A DNA stretch of 64,000 nucleotides from Candidatus Colwellbacteria bacterium (GTDB lineage Bacteria; Patescibacteriota; Minisyncoccia; UBA6257; Colwellbacteraceae), in contig JACOWZ010000003.1 in NCBI GenBank assembly GCA_016176525.1, forward strand, positions 256,001 through 320,000. The letters are read 5' to 3'. A program made the translations under genes and the position numbers. The first letter of the stretch is position 1. Each line of letters starts with the position of its first letter. Positions 37,453 through 47,549 of the stretch are shown piece by piece. The notes below the pieces were generated by a model that worked only from the letters and a program-made list of their open reading frames with translations, was not told the DNA's origin and ran no database searches.

Positions 37453-38783
37453 ATGTAGTAATCGGACTCTTTTTTATTCTTATACTTTCTGTAATTTTTG
37501 CATTTGTCTTATGGAAGTTTGGTATACGGGATAAGCGTGTATATATTTTTTTTGCGTTTACTCTTTTAATACATATTTCTGCGGTGCTTTTTATCGATCT
37601 TACAGACTTCCAACCATTTAGCGGAGGCGGTGGGGATTATAATAGTTATCACAAGGCGGCTGAATCTATCTCACGCGATATTAGACAATGGAATGCTTTT
37701 CCAGAACGTGATGAGCTGGGCGGCGTTAGCCATTATTATCCAGTGATCATTGGATATGTTTATTTCCTTACAGTTCCATCTATGGTAGTCGGCCAGCTTT
37801 TCAACGCTTGGATTGCTTCTATTGCTGTAATATTGTTGTACTTTATAGTTCTTGAAGTTACGCAATCGCCTAAATGGGCATTTAGTATTGGCTTGGGCGC
37901 AAACTTTTATCCTAGTTTTCTTTTTTATTCAAGTCTTCTTTTAAAAGATGTTTTTGTTATTGTGTTTGCTCTTGCCTCTGTGCTACTAATACTCCATCTT
38001 TTAAAGCGTTTTTCTTGGCGGTTATTTGCCTTGTTTTACGTTTCTATCATTTTACTTACGCATTTCCGTTTCTACGAGGGGTTTATTATGCTCGTAGCCT
38101 TTGTTGTTTCTTGGTTCTTGCTCTCGCGCGAACCGATTAAAGCACGTTTTACCAATGGCGTTGTATTACTTGTTTTATTGGGTTTTATTCCGCAGATGTT
38201 TGGGATGGGGTACTATGGGCTTGCAACGTTACAGCATTACGCAAATCCAGTAATAGTCGATTATTACCAAGATATAGCCTACACGGGTAAAGATGTAGCT
38301 CCTGCGCCAGTTACCCAAGAGCCAGTTAGCCAAGATCAAATTACCCAAGAGCCAGTTATCCAAACGGGTTTTGCTTCTACAACAGATGTAAAGGTTGATT
38401 TTTCAAGTCCCAAGGCATTTTTAACGAGTTTCCCTAAGGCTTTAACATTTGTTTCAATTGGGCCATTTCCTTGGCAGTTTAAGGAAGCGCGGCACTACTT
38501 TGCTTTGTTGGAAACAATTCCCTGGACAGCTTTGAGTGTTTTGATTTTGCTGGGCATTGTATATGCTATCAAGCAGAGGCACCCCGTGCTTTCTATAACA
38601 TTTTTTAGTTTAGGCTTATTTCTAATGCTTATGATTTATATAAGTAATTTTGGTATAACAATGCGCATCCGCATACCGGTATTTTTGCTACTTTCCGCTT
38701 TTATTCCGTTTGGTGTTGTTGAATTAAATTATTTGAAATCCCGATTCGTTGTTTTTATCAAAAAGAAGAACGCTATTTCATGA
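37449..38783 (+). CDS. Multi-TM membrane protein, probable Wzy-like polymerase / GT-C
   Basis: About 11 TM segments, GDYNSY loop, LLKD, NFGITMRIR; embedded in the glycan operon. Confidence 0.55.
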   Translation: MNVVIGLFFILILSVIFAFVLWKFGIRDKRVYIFFAFTLLIHISAVLFIDLTDFQPFSGGGGDYNSYHKAAESISRDIRQWNAFPERDELGGVSHYYPVIIGYVYFLTVPSMVVGQLFNAWIASIAVILLYFIVLEVTQSPKWAFSIGLGANFYPSFLFYSSLLLKDVFVIVFALASVLLILHLLKRFSWRLFALFYVSIILLTHFRFYEGFIMLVAFVVSWFLLSREPIKARFTNGVVLLVLLGFIPQMFGMGYYGLATLQHYANPVIVDYYQDIAYTGKDVAPAPVTQEPVSQDQITQEPVIQTGFASTTDVKVDFSSPKAFLTSFPKALTFVSIGPFPWQFKEARHYFALLETIPWTALSVLILLGIVYAIKQRHPVLSITFFSLGLFLMLMIYISNFGITMRIRIPVFLLLSAFIPFGVVELNYLKSRFVVFIKKKNAIS

Positions 38784-39601
38784 AATTGCCCCTTGTGTCA
38801 GTGGTCCTACCAACCCGCGATCGTCTAGAAACACTAAAAAATGCGCTCACGACCGTGCTTAACCAAACATATCCAAATATGGAAATTGTGTTGGTTGATG
38901 ATTATTCGGACGAGAAAGCTAAACAGGGCATTGAAGAAATGGCGAAGAAAGAGCCGCGCATTCGTGTTGTCAGAAACGAGGTTAACCTTGGATTTGTTCG
39001 CTCTTTGAATAAGGGTATAAAAGAAGCAAAGGGAGAATATATCGCGAGGATTGATGATGATGATGCTTGGATTGATAAAAATAAATTAAAAAAGCAAGCA
39101 GAGTTTTTAGATAAACACCCAGATTGTACGGTTGTTAGTGGCGGCATTATTAGGATTGACGGCGATGGCAAGGAAATTTCGCGTGAACTTTTGCCGGAAA
39201 CCGATGAGAAAATTAGGAATATCATGCTTATAACCGACCCGATAGTGCACGTGGCTGCAATGTTTAGAAGGAAAGACTGGGAAATTGTTGGTGGGTATAA
39301 TGAAAGATTTCACTACTCACAGGATTGGGAGCTTTGGATGAGGTTGGGAAAACGAGGCAAGTATTATAACTTCCCGGAATATTTTGTGCGTTCTATTTTT
39401 TCAAGCGAGGGGCGGTCCAGCAAAAATATGCGCTATCATTTGTCACTTAGCTTAAAAGCTAGAGAGATACACAAGAATGAATTCCCCAACTTTTGGAAGG
39501 GATATATACTCGGCTGGGTGTCGTATCTATTTTCTTTTATACCTATTCGTCTCCGAGTACGTCCGTTTTTTATTAAAATAAAGAAATTGATTTTAAAATG
39601 A
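38780..39601 (+). CDS. Glycosyltransferase family 2
   Basis: VSVVLPT, VDDYS, ARIDDDD, SQDWELW. Confidence 0.9.
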   Translation: MKLPLVSVVLPTRDRLETLKNALTTVLNQTYPNMEIVLVDDYSDEKAKQGIEEMAKKEPRIRVVRNEVNLGFVRSLNKGIKEAKGEYIARIDDDDAWIDKNKLKKQAEFLDKHPDCTVVSGGIIRIDGDGKEISRELLPETDEKIRNIMLITDPIVHVAAMFRRKDWEIVGGYNERFHYSQDWELWMRLGKRGKYYNFPEYFVRSIFSSEGRSSKNMRYHLSLSLKAREIHKNEFPNFWKGYILGWVSYLFSFIPIRLRVRPFFIKIKKLILK

Positions 39602-40752
39602 TAAGAATTTGCCATATTGCCACCTCGGACATCGCGCTTAGATTTTTAACGTTTAACCAGCTCCGCCACTTTAAAAGTGAGGGATACGAAGTTACGGTAG
39701 TCTGTTCGCCAGGAAATTGGACGAGCGACATTGAAAAGGCAGGTATTAAAGTAAAGACAATTCCAATGGCAAGAAGTATAACTCCTTTAAAAGATGTTGT
39801 TTCTTTTTGGAAGCTCTACAAATTTATTAATAAGGAGAAATTTGACATAGTGCATACCTATACGCCAAAGGCTGGTCTTTTGGGTTCATGGGCGGCAAAG
39901 TTCGCTGGGGTCCCCATTATAATCCACTCTAATTTGGGGCTTTATTTTCATGAACACTCTTCGCGGCTTAGAAAATTGGTTTTTGGTTGGGTTGAGCGCT
40001 TGAGTGTTTTATCCGCCGATATTATTTTTTCGGTTGATAGAGAAGATATAGAGATAGCAAGACAGAAACACATTGGCAAACCTGATGCATGGCGATATCT
40101 TGGCGGCTGGGTAGATTTAGAAAGATTTAATCCTGACAAGTTTTCTTCGACTTTTAAGAATAAGAAGAAAAAGGAACTTAGGATAGATGAGTACAAAAAA
40201 GTAATCGGCATTGCAGCAAGGCTCGTTGCAGAAAAGGGGTATTTAGAGCTTTTTGATGCATTTAAAAAAGTCTTAGAGAAGCATCCAAACACAACTTTAC
40301 TTGTTATTGGGCCTGAGGAGAATAAAAAAGATGCTGTTAATCCTTCTGTGGCGAAGAAGTATGATATTCAGAACTATGTTAAATTCTTAGGCGTGCGTAC
40401 TGATATGCCAGAGCTATATAGTGTAATGGATGTTTTTACACTCCCTTCGCACCGTGAGGGCATAGGCATTTCCATTCTTGAGGCCTCTGCAATGGGATTG
40501 CCGTCTGTATCTACGAATGTACGCGGATGCCGCGAGGCAGTTGATGATGGCAAGACCGGCATTCTTGTGCCACATAAAAATTCAGAGAAACTTGCAGAAG
40601 CCCTGCTTTGGGTGCTCGAGCACCCCGAAGAAGCAAAACAGATGGGCAAGGCTGGTAGAGCTAAAGTTGAGCGTGAGTTTGACGAAAAACTTGTCTTTGA
40701 GCGTTTGGACAGAGAGTACAAAAGATTAATTGAGGAGAAACTTAAGAAATGA
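39598..40752 (+). CDS. Glycosyltransferase family 4 (PglA-like)
   Basis: HTYTPKAG, ARLVAEKG, PSHREGIG..LEA, RGCREAV. Confidence 0.88.
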   Translation: MIRICHIATSDIALRFLTFNQLRHFKSEGYEVTVVCSPGNWTSDIEKAGIKVKTIPMARSITPLKDVVSFWKLYKFINKEKFDIVHTYTPKAGLLGSWAAKFAGVPIIIHSNLGLYFHEHSSRLRKLVFGWVERLSVLSADIIFSVDREDIEIARQKHIGKPDAWRYLGGWVDLERFNPDKFSSTFKNKKKKELRIDEYKKVIGIAARLVAEKGYLELFDAFKKVLEKHPNTTLLVIGPEENKKDAVNPSVAKKYDIQNYVKFLGVRTDMPELYSVMDVFTLPSHREGIGISILEASAMGLPSVSTNVRGCREAVDDGKTGILVPHKNSEKLAEALLWVLEHPEEAKQMGKAGRAKVEREFDEKLVFERLDREYKRLIEEKLKK

Positions 40753-41333
40753 CATATCTGTTTTTAAAAAGACTAATTGATGTTGTGGTTAGTATTGTTA
40801 CTATTATTTTGCTTGCCCCGCTTTTTTTAGTGATTGCGATATTTATTAAGTTGGATTCACCTGGGCCGGTATTTTACGCGCAGAGGCGTTTAGGGTATAA
40901 GCAAAAGATCTTTAAGATTTTTAAGTTTCGCACAATGGATAAAGACGCGGACCAGATAAAAGTTTCTATAGAACAAGTTAGAAAGTGGGAGGATGAACGC
41001 AGTGATCCGAGAGCGACACGGATAGGAAGGTGGTTGCGTAGAACCGGCATTGATGAGCTACCCCAACTTTTAAATGTTTTAAAGGGCGATATGAGTTTTG
41101 TGGGCCCGCGGCCGTATTATCAACTACGGATAGATGCTGACCCAAGCCTAAAAGAGCGACTCGGAATTAAACCCGGATGTGTTTCTTTATCGCTGGTTAA
41201 GGGTGGAGTGCATCTAACTGACGAAGAGATTAAAAAAATAGACAGAGAATATGAGGCAAAGCGCAATTTGTGGCTGGATATAAAAATTTTACTTAAGTTT
41301 ATATATCTGGTAATTTCTGGTAAGGGTTTTTAA
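40749..41333 (+). CDS. Initiating polyprenol-phosphate phosphoglycosyl transferase (PglC/WcaJ-like)
   Basis: KRLID, FKFRTM, DELPQLLNVLKGDMSFVGPRP. Confidence 0.92.
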   Translation: MTYLFLKRLIDVVVSIVTIILLAPLFLVIAIFIKLDSPGPVFYAQRRLGYKQKIFKIFKFRTMDKDADQIKVSIEQVRKWEDERSDPRATRIGRWLRRTGIDELPQLLNVLKGDMSFVGPRPYYQLRIDADPSLKERLGIKPGCVSLSLVKGGVHLTDEEIKKIDREYEAKRNLWLDIKILLKFIYLVISGKGF

Positions 41334-41339
41334 TTATAT

Positions 41340-41735
41340 ATGGCAGATAGATTTGATAATTGGCAAAAACCGGATATAGAAGACGGTAAACCTACTAAAT
41401 GGAACTGGGTTGTTCGCGGCGTTAATGGGCTTACCCTTGGCGAGAAAACAGATATAGGTGCGTTTACTTATATTCAGGCTCAAGAAGGGGTTGTAATAGA
41501 AGACGAAGTGCAAATTGGTGCACACTGCTCTATCTATTCTGTCTCTACTATAGATGGCGACAAAGGCAAAGTAGTTTTAAAAAAGAACTGCAAGATAGGA
41601 GCAAACAGCGTTATTTTGCCCGGCGTGACTATTGGAGAAAATGCAGTGATTGGAGCGATGTCTTTGGTTAAAAGCGACATTCCGGCAAATTCGGTTGCGT
41701 TTGGCATCCCCGCCAAAGTACAACGTAAAATATAA
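41340..41735 (+). CDS. Hexapeptide-repeat acetyltransferase
   Basis: IGANSVILPGVTIGENAVIGAMSLV..GIPAK. Confidence 0.88.
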   Translation: MADRFDNWQKPDIEDGKPTKWNWVVRGVNGLTLGEKTDIGAFTYIQAQEGVVIEDEVQIGAHCSIYSVSTIDGDKGKVVLKKNCKIGANSVILPGVTIGENAVIGAMSLVKSDIPANSVAFGIPAKVQRKI

Positions 41736-41741
41736 AACAAA

Positions 41742-42881
41742 ATGACTTGGAGAGTACCACTTTTTAAAATTTTGTCGGACGAGGCGGACGTTAAGGCAGT
41801 TTCCCAGATTATTAAGAGTGGCCTAAATTGGGCAACCGGCAGCGAAGTGGCTGATTTTGAGAAAGAACTCGCAAAGTATGTGGGCGTAAAATATGCGGCT
41901 GCATTTAACTCTGGCACTTCTGCACTACACGCCTTACTCTTGGCACTTCACATCGGCAAGGGCGATGAAGTTATAGTGCCATCTTTTACTTTTATAGCTA
42001 CTGCAAATGCGGTACTTTTTGTGGGCGCTAAACCTGTTTTTGCCGAGATTGAAGGCGAAACTTATGGGTTAGATCCAAAAGATGTTGAGAAAAAAATAAC
42101 CAAGCGAACCAAAGCAATAATGCCGGTGCATTTTGGCGGCGGCGCTTGTAAGTACATACTCGAATTAAGAAAACTAGCCAAAAAACATAAATTGCTTCTT
42201 TTGGAAGACGCAGCCGAATCTTTGGGGGCAACCGTTGGCGGGAAATATGTTGGGTCTTTTGGTTATGCCGCAATGATAAGCCTTTGCGCTCCAAAAGTTA
42301 TTTCTACCGGCGAGGGCGGTGTAATAGTTACAAACTCGCGGGACTTATACGAAAAACTAAAACTTCTCCGCTCACACGGCAGGGCAGACACCAAAGATTA
42401 TTTTGCAACCACAGAGTATTTAGATTATATCCAGCTTGGGTATAATTTCCGCCTCTCAAATATTTTAGCGGCACTCGGCAGAACGCAGTTAGAGAAAATC
42501 GAAAAGTTAATTGCAATGCGCCGCAAAAACTCCGCTTATCTTACAAAGCAACTAAAAGGTGTCCCTGGAATTTCATTGCCTATAGAGCCTAAGGGTTATC
42601 GTCATATTTACCAGATGTATACAATTCAAACAAAGAATAAAAAGGTGCGCGATGCCCTACAAAAGCACTTAAACCAAAAAGGGATTATGGCTAAAGTGTA
42701 TTTTCCGTCAATTCATCTATCAAAGTTTTATCGCAAAATGGGGCATAAGAGCGGCAGTTTGCCTAAAACAGAGGGTTTATCTAATATTGTGCTAACGCTT
42801 CCAATGTACCCGGAGCTCACAAAGAGCCAGATGGATTTTATGGCAAAAGAGATTAAAAGTTTTTTTAATGGACAAGAATAA
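41742..42881 (+). CDS. DegT-family sugar aminotransferase
   Basis: NSGTSALH, EDAAESLG, KVISTGEGG, GYNFRLS. Confidence 0.92.
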   Translation: MTWRVPLFKILSDEADVKAVSQIIKSGLNWATGSEVADFEKELAKYVGVKYAAAFNSGTSALHALLLALHIGKGDEVIVPSFTFIATANAVLFVGAKPVFAEIEGETYGLDPKDVEKKITKRTKAIMPVHFGGGACKYILELRKLAKKHKLLLLEDAAESLGATVGGKYVGSFGYAAMISLCAPKVISTGEGGVIVTNSRDLYEKLKLLRSHGRADTKDYFATTEYLDYIQLGYNFRLSNILAALGRTQLEKIEKLIAMRRKNSAYLTKQLKGVPGISLPIEPKGYRHIYQMYTIQTKNKKVRDALQKHLNQKGIMAKVYFPSIHLSKFYRKMGHKSGSLPKTEGLSNIVLTLPMYPELTKSQMDFMAKEIKSFFNGQE

Positions 42882-44355
42882 GTTTCTTAAAGCTATTAAA
42901 CGCTACAGAACCCTCATCACTCTCTTATTAGATGTGACTCTGGTTTTTCTTGCATTATATTTCTCATTTCTTTTGCGTTTTGACGGAGTAATACCCGCAG
43001 ACAGAGTAAGCGGTTTCTTGTGGTTTACAGGCGCGGCTATGCTTTTAACGCCAGTTGTATTTTATTTTTTTGGGTTATACAAAATTCCGTTTTCGTATGT
43101 AAGCCTTTCGGATATTCCCTCTATTGCAAAAGGAGTGCTGATGTCTGTGTTTATTTTGGGCACGGGGCTGTGGCTTATGCGCTTTGCGCCACAGCTTTTT
43201 GGTTTCCCGCGCTTAGTGATATTTCTCTACGCAATAATGCTATTTATATTTGCTGTTGGAGTGCGCTTTGCAAAAAGAATATATTGGCAAATCATAAGAA
43301 GCAACCCGGATGCATTGCGCATAAAAACACGGGAGACGCTTTTGCCTCTTACATCCAAATTTTTAAAAGACGGCAAGCCCGAGACAGTGCTCGTAACAGG
43401 TGGGGCGGGCTATGTAGGTTCTGTTTTGGTTAGAGAGCTTTTAGAGAATGGCTACAAGGTTAAGGTTTATGACAAAATGCTTTTTGGGACTAGTTCTCTT
43501 GCCTCTATAAAATCTACAAATTTGCAGATTATTGAAGCAAATATTTTAGACACCGGCAGTTTGGAGCGGGCGATGGCCGATGTACAGGCCGTGGTGCACT
43601 TGGCGGCAATTGTGGGCGAGGCCGCCTGCGCTGCAGACCAAGAGCTTGCAATACGTACAAATTATTTAGCGGCGGTAAATGTTGCACGCATGGCAAAGTC
43701 TTACGGAATAAAGCGATTTATATTTTTCTCAACGTGCAGCACTTATGGCAAGGCCCATAATGAGGACGTTGTAGACGAAAGTTCACCACTTCATCCGGTT
43801 GATTTTTATGGCGAGACAAAAATTTATGCAGAACGCGACATAATGCGTTTAGCAGACCACAATTTTTCTCCAACCATTTTGCGGCTCTCCACAGTTTACG
43901 GCCTTTCTCCGCGGATGAGGTTTGATCTTGTTGTAAACACATTTACTAAAAAAGCCGTGCGTGAAGGCAAAATTATGATTTTTGGCGGCAATCAGTGGCG
44001 GCCGCTTGTGCATGTTAAGGATGTTGCCCGCGCGGTGCTCTCTGTGCTCTCTGCGCCCTTGTCTAAAGTTGGAGGTGTTGCGTTTAATCTTGGAGGGAAT
44101 TCAGAAAACTATCTTATCTCAACACTTGGGGAATTGGTGAAACAAATATTCCCGGAAATAGAGGTAGAAACTCTAGAGAGCATAACAGACCAGCGCAGTT
44201 ATAAGGTAAAGTTTGATAAGATTGCAAAAGAGTTGGGTTTTAAGCCGTCTAAAACTGTTCGCGACGGCATAAAAGAGATTAAAGCTGCGTTTAAGGAAGG
44301 AGCTTTTCCAAATCCAGACGAGAAGAACTATTATAACCACTTGGTAAAGCAATGA
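42868..44355 (+). CDS. Membrane-anchored NAD-dependent epimerase/dehydratase (4-TM N-terminus fused to SDR)
   Basis: LDV..FLLRFD TM domain, then VLVTGGAGYVG, YGETK, RMRFDLVVN. Confidence 0.82.
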   Translation: MDKNKFLKAIKRYRTLITLLLDVTLVFLALYFSFLLRFDGVIPADRVSGFLWFTGAAMLLTPVVFYFFGLYKIPFSYVSLSDIPSIAKGVLMSVFILGTGLWLMRFAPQLFGFPRLVIFLYAIMLFIFAVGVRFAKRIYWQIIRSNPDALRIKTRETLLPLTSKFLKDGKPETVLVTGGAGYVGSVLVRELLENGYKVKVYDKMLFGTSSLASIKSTNLQIIEANILDTGSLERAMADVQAVVHLAAIVGEAACAADQELAIRTNYLAAVNVARMAKSYGIKRFIFFSTCSTYGKAHNEDVVDESSPLHPVDFYGETKIYAERDIMRLADHNFSPTILRLSTVYGLSPRMRFDLVVNTFTKKAVREGKIMIFGGNQWRPLVHVKDVARAVLSVLSAPLSKVGGVAFNLGGNSENYLISTLGELVKQIFPEIEVETLESITDQRSYKVKFDKIAKELGFKPSKTVRDGIKEIKAAFKEGAFPNPDEKNYYNHLVKQ

Positions 44356-45143
44356 TTCTTTTACTTATAGCTTTGGCACAAGGCCTAGTGTGGGATGCGG
44401 ACCAAACAATAAATCTTACAGGCCCAAACGTAGAACTAACTATACTTTCGGGTTCGGAGGCAGATAGTTTAATTGTGCGAGATGATGATATCCAAGTTGT
44501 GGTTGCTAACCAAGATGTTTTTGAGGTACAGTCGGCGGGTGGAGAGTTATCTGTAGGCGGGGCGACAAGCGCGAATATTACTAAAACTTGTTCTAGCGGC
44601 AGCGTTTCTAAAATTAGCATCTCCGGCGGAGGTGACGGCGAAACAATAACTATTGCTCCAGGAGAGAATGCTTGTTCCAGCGGCGGTGGAGGCGGTGGTG
44701 GACGCCGCAGTGTTGTGCCTCCACCGGCTCCGGTACCGCCTCCTCCGGCCGTTTCGCCAGTGCCTGCGCCGTTTTTGTGCCCAAACGGCAACACAGTTGC
44801 TTCTAATTGTTTAGAGGCGCCAGTGCAGGAAGATTTACCTTTAGTTTGCAGCGATGTAGCTTTTGTTCGCAACCTTAATTTTGGTTCTGTTGGCGAGGAT
44901 GTGCGCTGCCTACAAGTATTATTTAACTTGAACCCGGCTTACAAAGTCGCGGACTCCGGCCCTGGCTCGTGGGGTTTAGAAACCGCTTATTTCGGGCCAC
45001 TGACAGTCACTGCCGCTATAAAATTCCAAGAATTTTATGCAAGTGATATTCTTACTCCAATTGGACTTATACACGGCACGGGCTTTATAGGCCCTATAAC
45101 CCGCATAAAGCTTAATACGCTTTTCCCCTTGCCCGTATTATAA
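44352..45143 (+). CDS. Secreted protein with Gly/Pro linker and C-terminal peptidoglycan-binding-like domain
   Basis: RNLNFGSVGEDVRCLQVLFN, YFGPLT, GFIGPITRIKLN. Confidence 0.7.
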   Translation: MILLLIALAQGLVWDADQTINLTGPNVELTILSGSEADSLIVRDDDIQVVVANQDVFEVQSAGGELSVGGATSANITKTCSSGSVSKISISGGGDGETITIAPGENACSSGGGGGGGRRSVVPPPAPVPPPPAVSPVPAPFLCPNGNTVASNCLEAPVQEDLPLVCSDVAFVRNLNFGSVGEDVRCLQVLFNLNPAYKVADSGPGSWGLETAYFGPLTVTAAIKFQEFYASDILTPIGLIHGTGFIGPITRIKLNTLFPLPVL

Positions 45144-45163
45144 GGTTTGATATAATTCTTCTT

Positions 45164-45583
45164 ATGAACAAAAATCTATTAAGTACTGCAGGTTTGGTTA
45201 TTTTAGTTATTATTGGCGTTTTGTTTGTGCCATTGCCTTCGCCAGGGTACACGGCGGTTACAACAATATCCGGCGAATTCTTTGTAGGTAAGGCGCAAAA
45301 GGCTCTGCTCTCTCATTATATTGAGCTTAAACAGCCGTTTGTATTACAAAGCATAGTTGGAGAAAACCAAACCCCTACCCCGCAGTTGTTTAATTTAGGC
45401 ACGGATTCTTACTGGCTGCCCACTTCGGTAAAAATAAATATTAAAAATATAGTTATAAAGGGCAAAGTAAACCCAGAGAGCCCTATAGCCCAAGCATTGG
45501 ATGCGTTTAATGCCCCTGCACCAGCACCTGCGCCGGTAGAACAAGAAACTACAGAAACTACAACTCCTCCTTCAAGTGAATAA
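45164..45583 (+). CDS. Hypothetical single-TM protein
   Basis: N-terminal TM; TATAAT 7 nt upstream of ATG. Confidence 0.65.
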   Translation: MNKNLLSTAGLVILVIIGVLFVPLPSPGYTAVTTISGEFFVGKAQKALLSHYIELKQPFVLQSIVGENQTPTPQLFNLGTDSYWLPTSVKINIKNIVIKGKVNPESPIAQALDAFNAPAPAPAPVEQETTETTTPPSSE

Positions 45584-46970
45584 AGTTGTGTATAGCCCTT
45601 TCTTTTAGGGCGTAGAGCATGCCGAAGTATATAGCGGCAGAGAAGACCACGTTTACCATTACGTGCACTCCAAACGTTTGCATAAGGATTATTCCCGCGG
45701 TCATAATTGCCGAGGAGAGTAGAATTTTCGGCATATGCGGCAAGATTCGGAAATAATTTATTCGCTTCATCTTCCACCACCCCCAACCTACTATTATCAG
45801 TTGGTTCGCAAGCGTAGAAACTGCTGCGCCAACTATCCCAAGAATCGGAATAAATAAGATATTAAAGATAATATTGCCCACCATTCCAGCGGTTGCATAA
45901 ATCAAAAATGCACGCTGTTCATTATGGGCAAAAACAGCATTGCCTATAAGTATAGCTGGGAAGACTATTAGCATTGTTGAGGATAAAATTAGAAATGAAG
46001 TTGCGCCCTCCAGGTATTCTGCGCCATAGACTAGGTCTATTATCGGACCGGCTAGTAACACGCTGCCTATAGAGAGCGGTAAGGCCGCCATAAAAATAAT
46101 TGTTAGAGCAGATTCAAATGTTTTGCGGAATTGGTTTGTGTCAGTTACAAGTTTTGCAAGGCGCGGGAAAAAAGCTGTTGCAAGGAGCGTCGGCAGCATA
46201 TACAAAAGTTGCACTATTTTTTGGCCAGCGGCGTACAAGCCCACATCGCGCGCATCTAACATCCAGCCTATCATTAGAATATCTGTGTTAATCATTACAA
46301 CAGACATTATTGATAGAATTCCAAAGGGCCATGCTGTTTTTAGAATCCATATTGCAAGGCCTTTATCAAAATGCGTAAAAATGCCTTTAATGTGGTGCCG
46401 CAGATCTATGGCGATTGAAAGAAGACCTAGTAGAACTCCAAGCGTATAGCCGAACATCAAAGAGCCAGATGTTGGATTAAATATTAAAAACGCAAAGCCT
46501 AAGGCGGCGATCAAGGCGTTTGTAAGCACATTGTTGCGTCCCTCAATCTCCATTCTCTCCAGAGCACGTGAGATTGCCGCGCCCATATCTCGCAGAGCGT
46601 CAAATACGAATATAAAAACTACGTAGGGCAAAAGTGTGGCGACCTCTGCTATGTTTGTAAGCTTAGCGCCGAACAAAATTATTATTGCACCAAAGCCCAA
46701 AAGGAGAGCTCCTTTTACAAAAAGCGAGGCGGAGATGTAGCGGGAGCGCAACTCCGGGTTTTTGGTTGCCTCGCGGGTTAGTAGCGCGTTTACGCCAATG
46801 TCTGAAAATACGGTTAAAAATGTGGCAAGGGCTAGCGCGTAAGAAAAAGCGCCCCAGCTTGCGGCGCCCAAGATGCGGGCGGAGTAGATTATTATAAGAG
46901 TACGTAGTGTGCGGCCTACGGACTGGCCAATAAATAGCCAGATGGCGTTTTTGCGGATAGTACGGTCCAT
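45558..46970 (-). CDS. Polysaccharide flippase (Wzx)
   Basis: ARILGA..GAFSYA, DIGV, TDILMIG..VGLYAA, GIVGAA. Confidence 0.88.
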   Translation of the reverse strand: MDRTIRKNAIWLFIGQSVGRTLRTLIIIYSARILGAASWGAFSYALALATFLTVFSDIGVNALLTREATKNPELRSRYISASLFVKGALLLGFGAIIILFGAKLTNIAEVATLLPYVVFIFVFDALRDMGAAISRALERMEIEGRNNVLTNALIAALGFAFLIFNPTSGSLMFGYTLGVLLGLLSIAIDLRHHIKGIFTHFDKGLAIWILKTAWPFGILSIMSVVMINTDILMIGWMLDARDVGLYAAGQKIVQLLYMLPTLLATAFFPRLAKLVTDTNQFRKTFESALTIIFMAALPLSIGSVLLAGPIIDLVYGAEYLEGATSFLILSSTMLIVFPAILIGNAVFAHNEQRAFLIYATAGMVGNIIFNILFIPILGIVGAAVSTLANQLIIVGWGWWKMKRINYFRILPHMPKILLSSAIMTAGIILMQTFGVHVMVNVVFSAAIYFGMLYALKERAIHNFIHLKEEL

Positions 46971-47015
46971 TTATGTGTTGATATACAAAAAAGGATAGCA
47001 TATAATATAGCTATT

Positions 47016-47243
47016 ATGGTAAAAATTTACACAACTCCTTCTTGTGTTTATTGCAAACAAGCAAAAGAATACTTCCAAAAAAATGGTGTTGAGTACACCG
47101 AGGTAGATGTTGTGCGCGACGAGGCCGCTCGAGACGAGATGATTAAAAAGTCCGGCCAAATGGGGGTGCCGGTTATAGACATCAACGGCCAAATTGTAAT
47201 TGGCTTTAACCAAAAACAAGTCGAAAAAGCATTAAAGAAATAA
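47016..47243 (+). CDS. Glutaredoxin-like (NrdH/YruB) protein
   Basis: YTTPSCVYC, SGQMGVPV, GFN. Confidence 0.92.
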   Translation: MVKIYTTPSCVYCKQAKEYFQKNGVEYTEVDVVRDEAARDEMIKKSGQMGVPVIDINGQIVIGFNQKQVEKALKK

Positions 47244-47251
47244 TTCATATT

Positions 47252-47539
47252 ATGTTTGAGAAATTTAAAAATGTGTTTGAGAGCGAAGAGGCTAAGGTTG
47301 AGCGTGAAGCTGAAGAGAAAAGGAAACAGGATGCAGTTAGGGCGCGTAGAGAGAAAGACAAACTTGAAGCAAAGAAACTTCTCTCTGAATTTAGCATTCA
47401 TGCAGCTAAAAAGAGATTATCAGAAGGAGAAGATCCTACTGACTCAGCAATGTTAAATTGGGAGAAGAAAAATTTGGAAGACACGAAATCTAAGCTTGAT
47501 CTAGCCAAAGAGCTAGAAAAAAACAAACCCGATAAGTAA
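47252..47539 (+). CDS. Hypothetical charged helical protein
   Basis: Fills the gap between two same-strand genes; no recognisable motif. Confidence 0.55.
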   Translation: MFEKFKNVFESEEAKVEREAEEKRKQDAVRARREKDKLEAKKLLSEFSIHAAKKRLSEGEDPTDSAMLNWEKKNLEDTKSKLDLAKELEKNKPDK

Positions 47540-47549
47540 TAGATAAGTT

